Below, in pieces: positions 1-11,324 of a stretch of 64,000 bases of DNA. The notes below the pieces were generated by a model. The model was not told the DNA's origin. It did not search any database and was given only the letters and a program-made list of their open reading frames with translations. Source of the stretch: Lingula anatina (Eukaryota > Animalia > Brachiopoda); assembly GCA_051362555.1 (NCBI GenBank), contig CM120647.1, forward strand, positions 19,692,651-19,756,650, written 5' to 3'. The position numbers and the translations under genes are program-made. Every line of letters starts with the position of its first letter. The stretch's first letter is position 1.

Positions 1-205
1 AGAAAGTTTACATTAAATGATCGATTTAAAACGAACATATTGCGGGTCATTAGAATTAAGTCTGCGTCGTCAATAATATTTCCTTTCTCTTCAGTTAAAA
101 GTCCTTAGATTGGTGCCACAGATTTTGTACTTGAATTGAGCTACAGCTAACTCCGTATGTTATGCATTTCATCAAAATGTGCTATCTTCTAGGTGGGATT
201 ATCAG
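1..205 (+). repeat. Partial, internally deleted copy of the same repeat body
   Basis: Starts agaaagtttacattaaatgatcgatttaaaac and ends tgcatttcatcaaaat...ggtggg-ttatcaga, matching 1415-1790 with an internal deletion. Confidence 0.7.
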
Positions 206-1026
206 AAAGAAAATTTTTATTTATTATTTTTTTCTACAAAAGCCTCTGTTGCTTTTCACAAGGACACATTTTGTCTTTTCATGCCCCTCCTTTCCATTCT
301 TGCACCCTTGCTTCTTAAGACTGTTCATGTGTTCATACAGTACCCGGGGCAAGTTCGCAGTCGACATTCGAAAGAGTAAAGACTACTCAATACTAAAACC
401 GCCCAGTTGCGAACAGCTGTGGGCCTCATCGCACTGTGTATCGTCAAAGGTGAAAGCAAACGTTATCTCAGTGCAAAACAAAATGAAAATAAAGGTATCT
501 GAAGTTATCTGACCAGGAACGTTCCGAGGAGGCCTATCGATGAAAGCCAACGAACTTGAATCGATTCAGTAGCTTTCCCGGTGTAACAGCACGTCATACC
601 ACCTGTTAACTGTGTTCAGCAGAAAAATGATATCTTTATTTATAATTGCAAAATATGTTTTATTCAAAATTTCCATCGATGCAATTGCTTATATGGAAAT
701 CGCACCAGTTATTACACATTTGAATGTTTTTTTCCTCTCTTCTTAGGGTCTCGCTAAAACTAAAACACGTCTGTTGTGAACCGCCTTTGATCCCATTGCA
801 CTCTTTAATGTCATGGGTAAAGCCAAAATCAATCTTAGTTTAAAACAAACTCCGAGCTCCGTGTTGGGTTCTCAAACACTCGTGGCTTCCTGTACATCAT
901 GAGTTTTACCGTTCATGATAACCCATGGATTCTCGATTGGGATAGCAGATACACACATGTTCGTCCAACCTGGCCCTCTCCGTGGCAAGGTTGAAAGTTC
1001 CCATCGGATCATTCCGTATCAACGAA

Positions 1027-1115
1027 GCTGACGTGGCTCCGTGGTAACTTTGCTGTCTCGTTTACCGACAGACACTGGTACGCTGGTTCGAGACCCAGCT
1101 AGTGTAGTACTTTTT
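1027..1115 (+). other. tRNA-like Pol III element (degenerate tRNA or SINE head)
   Basis: Box A-like GTGGCTCCGTGGTAA (about 1033-1047), box B/T-arm GCTGG-TTCGAGA-CCCAGC (1082-1099), then a TTTTT run at 1111-1115. No clean cloverleaf or anticodon could be assigned. Confidence 0.35.
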
Positions 1116-1189
1116 ATTTTCCAGAATTAAATTTTAGAAATTCCGATTGGTTACTATAAGAGGAAACTCGTAAGTACGGAGGGTGGGCG

Positions 1190-1792
1190 GGTCTGTCACG
1201 GTGCAGTCGGTAGCGTGCTTGGATGCAAATGAGATGCCCAAAGCGCCACCAACCATGGCAACGCAAAGTCACGAGTTCGAATCCCCGATGAGGCACGTCA
1301 GTCCATCACGACAACGACCGGGTCCTTGAATCGGGACCCGGATGCCACGAGAACGAATCTGGGCTCTCCTGGGTCCTAGCCAATTACATTTTGCATAAAA
1401 ATACGGTATACTTTAGAAAGTTTACATTAAATGATCGATTTAAAACAAGCATATTGCTGGTCATTAGCATAAAATCTGCGTAGTCAATACTATTTCCTTT
1501 CTCTTTAATAAAATGTCCTTATACCGACGTGGGAAGAAATGATCGTTGATCTTCGTCCTTTATTTCGACACAGATCTTGAGCTATAGCTAACTTCGTATG
1601 TACAGTCCTGTCTGGTGTCACGTGTTATCATTGAAAACAACCGAACTTGAATTAATTCAGCACCTTTCAAGGTATAGCACCTCGTCATAACACTTGTAAA
1701 CCACATATAGAGGAAGAAATAGTTACATGGTCTTCTTCCGTATGCACTGCATTTCATCAAAATATGCCATCTTCTCGGTGGGCTTATCAGAA
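1190..1792 (+). mobile_element. Putative tRNA-derived SINE-like interspersed repeat
   Basis: Box A-like GGTGCAGTCGG (1200-1210) and box B GAGTTCGAATCC (1273-1284). The body (about 1292-1790) recurs at 36861-37355 and partially at 1-205. Confidence 0.5.
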
Positions 1793-2391
1793 ATTTATCT
1801 CAAGCAGAAAAACGATAAAATTCTCGGTAGAATTATTCGCCAAATATGTTTAACTCAAAATTTGCTATTGATAAAATGGAAATCGCACCAGTAATTACAC
1901 ATTTGAACGTTTCAGTGATCCCTTATTCTTGGGGGTTAGCTTTAACTCATAAAGTCCCTGTGTGGACCGCCTTTGGATATCGTTGTGCTCAACAACGTCA
2001 CACTGGAAGGTCACGTGGCTGATATTGCTTTTCCCATTAAAAAAATTTATTTCATGAACTTATGGCTGGTGTCGCTTGGTATATCCGAACTGGCCCTCTC
2101 CGTGACAAGATAGAAAGTTTCCATTTCATCTGATGGCGCCCAACGCAGTTATTGCGGCTCCTTGTCACACTGCCCTTTTCATGGAAAATACTCTATCTCT
2201 TTCGTGGGATTCAGTGCTGTAGTCAAAATATCTCAAGGTATAACTTGACCTTTCTGTTAATAAAAACGTTTATTGTGAACATGCACTTTTAACTATAAGA
2301 CTCTTTGTTCTAGATGTTGTTTAAATTGCAAAGTACATGGTTTGAGTCAGACTATCAGTTGATGAATATATTTATTCCTTTATTTTTTTAG

Positions 2392-5300
2392 GACAAGTCC
2401 AAGAGGGACTACACGAAGTACTTCAAGCCAGTGCTTTGTTTTCTGGAGGGAGCCTGGACCTACAGTGATGGTATGCATTGGAATTTTTTTTTTATCTTTC
2501 CATTATTTCTTCAAATATATTTACTTGACCTGGTGTAATGTCATCTCCCTGTTTCGCCTTCTGTAGAGCCGCATTTTGCAACCGACAGCATGCATTTTGC
2601 AACCGGTTGCAAAATACGTTCAGTTGCAAAATGCGGTCCTACTAAGTAGAGCCGCATTTTGCAATCGTGAAAACGCATTTTGCAACTGCAACGCATTTTG
2701 CAACCAGAATTTTATTTGTAAGTCCCTGAAACAGCTTGAAGTACAAGACAGGTAGAATTGGAGTGGGGACGGGTTTGTTTCGACTATAACTGTATATGTA
2801 TGCTGAAACTGGCCAGGCTGCCCCTGGGGTGGACGATGATATAAAACTTATTTCACATTGTAATTCCCTAAACCATTACAGTTAGGAAGTCTAAACGTTA
2901 ATAAACATTTTGTTTGGCATGTGCTTGGGATTTCGGTTTTTTTTAATTGGGGGTGAAGCCGTCCCTAGGGGTGGTTGATTGTACTTTTTACTTCGTATTT
3001 TTCTCCTATCTACCTTTATATCTTCAGAATAAGTAAATAAAAACGTTGGGATTAATACACTATCGTAAGAAATGTGCACTGGCACTTCGAAAATTTATTG
3101 TGACATGGGTGTGGTTGTCCCTGGGGGTGGTTGATTCTAATTTTACAACGTATTTTCTGCTATCTGCCCATTGTATTGGCCATGTGAGTTAAAACATGAA
3201 ACGAAGCTACAGTATCATTTGGGATGTTGAAGGGCATTTAATTTTTTTGACTTAGGGTGTGGTCCTGGGGGTGGTTGAATATAATTTGACGTTGTAATTT
3301 CTGCTATCTATCTTTAGACCATATAAGTTAGGAACGGAAGGCTATGGGGATTGAAAACATGTCTTTAGGGAAATGTATGGATCCTTCTGGGTTTTTGATG
3401 GGTGTGGCCGTCCCTGGGGGTGGTCGATTCTATTTTTTGCACCGTTATTTCTACTATCTACCCTTAGAGTTAGGAACATGAAATGTTGGGGATTGATAAT
3501 GAATGTGCATGGGTCTTTGAGGAATGTAGAGAACAGCAGCCGCGCACATAGCACTAAATGGACTTACAGTCGTAGGCATGAATATAGGTCAAGGAATCCA
3601 GTTAAAGCTGTCCTTTTGACCCATGCCAACCATAAGGCCCCACACACTCAGAAATCCTGGCGTTCAACTAGCCGTTGTGTCTTAATACAAAACAAACATG
3701 TTAATTAATCATAAATAGTAATTATCGTGTGTGTTGCTATACAGAGGCTATGCACAAGGATTCCTGAAAGTATGGGGTTTTGCATGGGTTTTTAATTAAC
3801 TTGACCTACATTCAAGCATACCGCTGAAGGTTTGTTATTAAGTGCTGTCTGCTGCTTCCTTTGCATTCCCCTTCCTTTTTAACTTGAAGACCGCTTTCAG
3901 ATTCACACATCCTACTAGCTGGGTCGGTCCAACTCTGCAGGGGATCTCACCTAAGTGCAATCAGTGGAATCAGCTTAATTGTCTGACATGCCACCAATCA
4001 CCCCATCCCCTGAGGGACAGTCACACCCAAAGTCACACTAAAATTACCCTGTACCCATGCACCAAAGACTCATATGTTCCTAACTCGAATGGTCGAGAAG
4101 GAGATGAAAAAAATTACGGTGAAAATATTACAGTCAAGTAACCATCCCCAGGGACGGCCACTCCCCAAGTCACCAAAAATTCTGATGTGCCCAAGCACAT
4201 CTCTAACGATCTCAACCACCCCCAGGGACAACTACACCCCAAGTCACAAAAAATCTGAAGTGCCCACGCACATTTCTTACGATGGTGTATTAATCCCCAA
4301 CGCTTTTATTTCCTAATTCTAAAGATATAAGGGTATAGATTACAGAGAATACAATGTAAAATTACAATCAACCACCCCTAGGGACGGCCACACCCCTATG
4401 TACATGCCTAACAATATTTTTATTATTCCCTGACGTTTCAACTTCCTAACTCTAATGGTTTAGGAAATTACAATGTGAAATAGTTATATTATCGTCCAAC
4501 CCAGGGGCAGCCTGGCCAGTTTCAGCATACATAGTCGAAGCAAACCCGTCCCCACTCCAATTCTACCTGTCTCGTACTTCAAGCTGTTTCAGGGACTTAG
4601 AAAAAATTCTGGTTGCAAAATGCGTTGCAGTTGCAAAATGCGTTTTCACGATTTTCTTTGGTTGCAAAATGCGTTCAGTTGCAAAATGCGGCTCTACTTA
4701 GTAGGACCACATTTTGCAACTGAACGTATTTTGCAACCGGTTGCAAAATGCGGTCGGTTGCAAAATGCGGCTCTACACTTCTCTACTACGAAGTTCGAAG
4801 TTGAGTTCAATACTTGGTTGTAGTGTAACTGTTGACACGTATTTACCATTATGTTTACCCTATTTATAAAGTAGCTATTGTGTGCACTTCAAATTTAGCT
4901 TTTTAAGTTTCCACATTTTCGCTTTTTTAAAGCAATGTTTCAAAATCTCATTATTATTATTATTTATTCAAAAAATTACCATTTTGCTAACCAATTCAAT
5001 GGTTTATATTTTTTATGTTTTTTTAAAGAGTCGTTTGATAGCGACATTAATTCAATTAATTGAGTCAATTATTCCATTGTTTACTAGGTTCTTTAGAAGA
5101 GTCGTTTGAAAGTGACCGTCACTTTATTGACGCCGCCAGCTGGTTTGACCTCCACGAGAAGACGAGATTCACGTCCTACGCTGGGCGTAAGAGTAACCTT
5201 GAGAATTTCGCCTACCTTCCAACCACCATTATGGAGATGATTAACGGATCCGTGCCTAGACTTGCACAATGGAATTACAGGTAATACAGTGGAATCACAT

Positions 5301-6664
5301 TTATCACAATGGAATCACAGGTAACACAATGAAATTACCGGTAACACAATGGAGTTACATGTGACAAAATGGAATTAAAAGTAACACAATGGAATTACAG
5401 GTCCTGATTACAGGTGAAATTGCAGGTAATACCATGGAATCACACGACAGAAGGAAAGGGTACGCGCACGGAAGTAGGGTTCTATTCGTCCTTCTATTTG
5501 TAGTCATCAGTTAACGAGAATAAACTTGTATTGTATTGTGTAGTAGCGTATTGATGGAATTACAGATTACTCACCGGTAATTGAAGTAAAATAGTAAAAT
5601 GAACGATAACACAATTACGTTATAAATTAGGTAGGTTAATAGAATGAAATGTTATGTTTTTTGCATTCTTTGTAGAATCCTGTGTCACCCACTGAGTAAG
5701 GACATCCCATTCAGTCGTTTCCGATTGGTTGATGACTTACACAACCGGGTGGCACGTGGTGCAACCATGGATAAACAAAGGGGAACCCGTAGAGCAAGGT
5801 ACTGTTAGTGTCGTACTGTACATGTAATCTTTGAGGTTCAGTCTTATTTGCAAACAATTCTGAACACCGATGCAACTATTGACCACGTGTTGTCACTATT
5901 TTAGAATATAATACCAATTAAGAGAAACAGAATCATGCAAAATGCATTACTAATCATTTACATATTTGTTTGAGCGTACGTAGTTCAGAATGAAGAGCAA
6001 CTTGTTGTATAATATTTTCATAAAATTCATGTGCATTGTAAAAATGCGGTTTGATGAAAGAATTAAAACACGCAAAAGGTATATATATACCCCTGTATAT
6101 ATATATATATATGCAGTTAGCAGTGTACATGCAGTTTCAATATTCCTCTATGTGTATTTAGATTTCAGCTAAACCCTAGTTTGGTATTGGACGCGTGGGG
6201 GGCGTCAGAATTCTCGCAATCTCCTGATTTCTTAGATTCCTTAATGGAGGAAATACCAGGTAACTTATTTTATATTTCAATCAAAATGTTTCCGTTACCA
6301 AAACCCGTGTTAGACTTGGTTCTTAGTTTTTGCGGTAAACCATTTTACTGTAATCACGGTAAGATGTTACTGGTTCACCTACGGCTCACCTCATGTGATC
6401 ATGTTGGCGAGATTAAGTCAACGCCCTCAAGGTTTATGTTTGTCGTTGTTTTATTTTCAGGTTGGGACAACTATAAAGGGGTCTTGAATGATACGTTAGA
6501 TGACGACACGGCTTGGTCTCTTAGTGAGAACAAACCTGTCAACACTGCTTACTACCATCGGTGGTTCAACTCACTGAAGGAGGTTGTGAATCTCTCTCAT
6601 TCTCTCTCTTTCTCTCTTTCTGTATGTCTCTCTCTCCCCCCTCTCTCTCTCTCTTTCTCTCTCC

Positions 6665-6703
<39 letters not shown>

Positions 6704-7317
6704 TTCCGTAACTGATTATCCAAACAACTGTGAACCTTGTCTTTTCCGATCAAGCATTAAATGTCAGCCTTTTAAAAGTGATGGGATCTCTGAATAAGTA
6801 TACATAAAAAGTAATTCATATAAAATAAAAATAAATCATCTTCTGACAATTTATTCAGTTTATTTCGTTTAATTTTAGGGAGCAATGGGTATCAACCGTC
6901 GCCACCGCGGGTTTTCTGATAACAACGTGTTCATGGCACAAACCACGCAGCCCAATGTTGCCGGACTTTCCTACACGCACTGTCACAAAAAGGGTAAGAT
7001 AATAGACTGACATTACTTTTGGTCAAGATTGCCTCAGGCTGAGGAGGACAGAGACTTAACTGACTTTAAGTCTCATAACCCAGTCTCTTTTCGATAGACA
7101 TTGAGTGCAAACAAAATTTTACGACACTCATACACGAGAAACTCCGGTGTTAAGGAACTAGGGGTCCGAGGCCGCACTTCATAAAGTTCATGCAAGTATT
7201 GTTAATGTGACGTAAATTGGTAATATCTAGGGTGGAAATAGCACGTGCAAATCCATTTTAAAAAATCAATGAAAACCGAACCACGTACATATATCACAGG
7301 AGGCCAATACAACTTAA

Positions 7318-7366
<49 letters not shown>

Positions 7367-9903
7367 GTGTGTAAAACGTTCCACCAGAAGTGGACGTACG
7401 CCATCCCCCTGGAGATCGTTTACCTCACCCCCCTACAGTCCTGGAACCCCTACAACTTGCAGCACAAGGGGGACTACAAGAGCACCCTAGGCAAGACGGT
7501 CTACGACGGACCCAACGGTAATGACTCCGATTTTATACTGGTGGTCAATATGATATTTATTGTAGCGTAATTTATTTGTTTTTAATGTATTTATAAACGT
7601 ATGATCTATGTTAATATTTATCAGTGTATCTGCTCTTTTGTTTGCTTGTTGGTCTAGATTTGTCTAATGTACCCATAAATTCTTCGTTTATTTACTTGTT
7701 TACTACTCAAGTGTATACTTTAAAAACATACCGTGTAGTGGTAAAATAAAAATTTGGAATAAAAAAACGGTTTATGGGTAGTTATTTTCTCAACAGTTTT
7801 GGATAGCATACAGGTTGGCATTTTTATGAAAATTGTTGAAGTTTAATTATTTAATTAACTATAGGTACGAGACGTAACGGCCTGATGACCAAAGCAGAAG
7901 CATTCAACGGAATCAACACCAAAGCATATTATATAACACCCCATGCCTTCTTTGATAAAACTGGGACATCTCCACGTGATCCTGCTGACACCACAAGGGC
8001 AGCCGTGGGCGTTCTTGATAGAAAAGGTAATGATAGGTAACTGTAGAAGGCAGCACTGATAACACATTCCAGAATGAACTGGTACCTAAGCTGGCGGTGT
8101 GATGGGTGTTTATAGTATATAGCAAATGAGAATGTATGATATTTTTTATACCTCGTTTATTACATTTAACGAGATTATTCTGCACATGCCTACCGGTATA
8201 TTGCGAGCAGTGTGTTTGTGTTCTTCTTTCTGTTTAAAAGACCCTATTTTTTGAAAATAAAATGCACATTAAAATTAATGAGCCCTGCATGTCCAAGTAT
8301 AGTAAAATAGACTTATGGTGAAGTCATTGTAGTTCGTTTTCAACAAGTATAACTTGTTTTCCTTTAGGAGTTCTTCGTGCAATGACTGCCTCAGGACCAC
8401 GTGTGTTCCTCAACATCCCAGATGTTGGTGAAGTGCGCCTGCGCTGGCCGATAGCACCTGTTCACAACGACGGAAACGTTATTTTCAAAGAATTGGAGGC
8501 GCTTAAGGTTTATATCCGCTTTATTTATACTCACCTATCATACATTGTATATATGGACTTGTGTGGGATAATCAATAACTACACTTGTTTATATTATTGC
8601 TCTATACGTTAATTATTTTTCAGAACAGTTGTATTAAACGGGTTTCAACTTCACAGAGAAAAAATACTATTTTTATCTATTTATTTATTTGGTTGTATAA
8701 TTACAGTCATTTATCTATTTATCTTTTATTCTTATTCATTATATTTTCTATTAATTCATGTTCTCATCAACTAGTACTACTGAATCCAATTATTGAGTAG
8801 TCTAATCGCATTGTCATTCCAATCCACTAGGATATGGTGATGGAACAAGGGAAATACCTGGGTCTGTATAGGACATCACCGGTGGGAGATGGCAACAGTA
8901 CCGGAAGTGTGACCCCTTTGACTGGTAACCTTGAATTTGTCACCGGTCCCGGGACGAAGGACCCCCCTGGACACCACGTGCACACGTAATGACCGGCATC
9001 TTGATGTGTTTTATTTTTTCTCAAGTGAAAGATAACGTCGGACATTTTGATGTGTTTTTTTTTTTTTTAAGAGAAATATAATGACGGACATTTTGAATTT
9101 GCTTTGATGAAAAAGACAATAATAAATTTAATTTGATAGTTAAATCACTTTCAGATAAATAATGTTCATTTATCTGGAACTTCTCCCCTGCATTGTAGAA
9201 CATTTCAATTCATCATTGTTTGACCAAAACATGTATCAACAGTCTCTGCACGTATTAGAAATTGCGTATTTTTAATTAATTGGCTTGATGTAGTATTTGA
9301 ACATAAAATAATTTCGGTTAATAAAATGCGTTGGAGTATTACATGGGCTTGTCTTGCAGCCTTCGGGTCAATCCCACTGATGCTGCCGCCTTGCAGAGCG
9401 GTAAAAAAGTGACCGTGAGGACATCTACCGATCAGGGGCACTCCCACGTGTTACGTTTAAAATACGATGCTGCTAAGAAGACCTACATGATAAACAGGTA
9501 GGTTAATATGAGATGATCTTTAAAATGTCACCTAAGAATTTATTTTTGCTGATCTTTGATTTTTAAGAAGACAATTTGAACAGCAAGCACTGACATAGTA
9601 AACGTTGTTTTTGACCCTCGATTTGTTCAACTTATCAAAAAACAATTTGAATGTAATGGTTGCGAAGACTTCTATATACATATAGTACTGTACATTGAAT
9701 TATTTTCATTAGCTAATCTTCAATGGTGGTAAAACATGGCAAATCTGAAATTCATCTTCACCATGACTTTCATGACGTTAATTAAAATAGTTTGTAAATA
9801 ACTATCAAGATAACAATAAATGTGTCTTCCCCTCTCTCTCCTCAGGTGCGATGGTAAGCCAGCTTGTTGGGATGGACACCCGTTGCAGTTGAACATGACC
9901 TAG
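2392..9903 (+). CDS. 3' portion (12 exons, about 510 aa) of an uncharacterised protein with a His/Cys-rich C-terminus; 5' exons probably lie upstream of the window
   Basis: Phase-consistent GT-AG exons: 2392-2470, 5088-5280, 5676-5798, 6162-6259, 6461-6582, 6879-6993, 7368-7517, 7865-8026, 8368-8507, 8831-8985, 9360-9497, 9846-9903 (TAG). Translation includes RDYTKYFKPVLCFLEGAWT, AQWNYRILCHP, WTYAIPLEIVYLTPLQSWNPY, DPPGHHVHT, DQGHSHVL and CDGKPACWDGHPLQLNMT*. Confidence 0.88.
2562..4777. mobile_element. 2.2-kb non-autonomous DNA transposon with very long inverted repeats (TGT...ACA ends, Ginger-like)
   Basis: Left end TGTAGAGCCGCATTTTGCAACCG and right end CGGTTGCAAAATGCGGCTCTACA. Inverted homology extends several hundred bp inward. 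CTTC flanks both ends (2558-2561, 4778-4781), a 4-bp TSD. No transposase ORF. Confidence 0.8.
5263..5440 (+). repeat. About 20-bp minisatellite derived from an exon/intron donor junction
   Basis: Unit approximately ACACAATGGAATTACAGGTA, repeated about 7-8 times from the end of exon 5088-5280. Confidence 0.7.
6591..6700 (+). repeat. Compound (TC)n/(CA)n microsatellite
   Basis: Seen directly, in the intron after exon 6461-6582. Confidence 0.9.
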
Positions 9904-11324
9904 AGGGCAGCACGTTGCATGCTTTGGCACAAAAACTTCAAGAGGGGAGCAACCCGCCACATGCTATCTATTAGTCAGGGATAAAATATTTTCAAATTTA
10001 AAACATTTTATTGCTTTTATTTGAATAATTATTTATAAACAATGCTTACCTCAAATTTTAAATTTGCAAATAAGGTTGAATATAAATAAATAGAGCAGTG
10101 ATCCTGACATAGTGGATGAAATCCACTATTAAACGCCAAGCCATTTTTGACAAATCAATAAAGTGTGATTAACCTAAACTCGGTCTTATTAATCTTAGCA
10201 TTAAATTTGATAAACAAGCTGTTTGGTCACACTTATTTGCAGTAACAGCTATATTGTGCCAGTTGTGATAAATTCCTTCTCACGCAATCTTATAATTTTT
10301 ACACGTCGAACTTTTCAAAGGTACGAGAATCGAGTAAGAAAAATATTTTTAAACAATTTGACGTTCATTTTAATCAAACTTTTTATTTATGCTAATGCAC
10401 ACGTTTTTGATAAAAAATATTCTCACACTCCTTGGCATATTCTAAAATAATATAATAATAATAATTTAATCATTAAGTAAAATAGAAACCTCAAATCGCA
10501 TTAGCTGTTGTTCATATTACTTGGGACACAAAAAATATATTCATCCACATCTAATTTTTTAAGAGTAAAATCATTAAAGTAACAAATAAATAAACATTTT
10601 TGGGACATGTTCCTTCGTTATTTTGTTGATAGAAAGTATCTGCATATTTCTATTGCGTCCTATTGAAATAATGAAATTATTACTTCTTCTTAGAGTCATT
10701 TTACAGTCAAAATCTAGGAATACTTACGACCGTTTTCTTTGATTTAAGCCAACCTCAGTTATCGTAAACAAGTTTTTTATAGATATTTGACACGAGGTAT
10801 TTTGACAATTTGCTATTTCATATATTTCATATTTTCAAGAATATCTATGTAACGTGACAGAAGGTTCCCCATGATAAAGAGTCCGCTTTTCATTCATTTG
10901 TTCAGGTAGATTTTTACCCACTTAGGTCAGGCTTACCGTAACCATAATAAGTAAATGGAGGGAGGACATTCTCTTACACGGACCCTCAGTTTCGATACAC
11001 CGGAAAAAGTGTGTGAACTTTACCTAATGGGGCCAACACTCTGTTAAAAGCTCCCTAAAACGGTTGAGCAAACCGACAAGGAAACCCAAAAATCATCTTA
11101 AGTCCTTTCCTCTTCTCTCCTTCCCCGACTGCCTTTTGTTATCGGGACCTGATGGAAAAGGTATGTTTTGTCCATGTAGCATAGTTTCGAACATTTATCA
11201 CGTTAGTGACAGGTCAACAGCTACATGTAATTTAGATTGACTATCACTGGGCGATGGAAATCGGGGGAGGAGGGAGGTTTTTACTCATATTTAAAAAGGA
11301 GTTCATAAAGCTATGCCGCTGTAA

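Noticed and set aside
2562-3500. Regularly spaced short repeats resembling a CRISPR array
   Set aside because: The units are degenerate, mirrored in the opposite arm and lack unique spacers. The context is eukaryotic with no cas genes, so they are transposon sub-terminal repeats.
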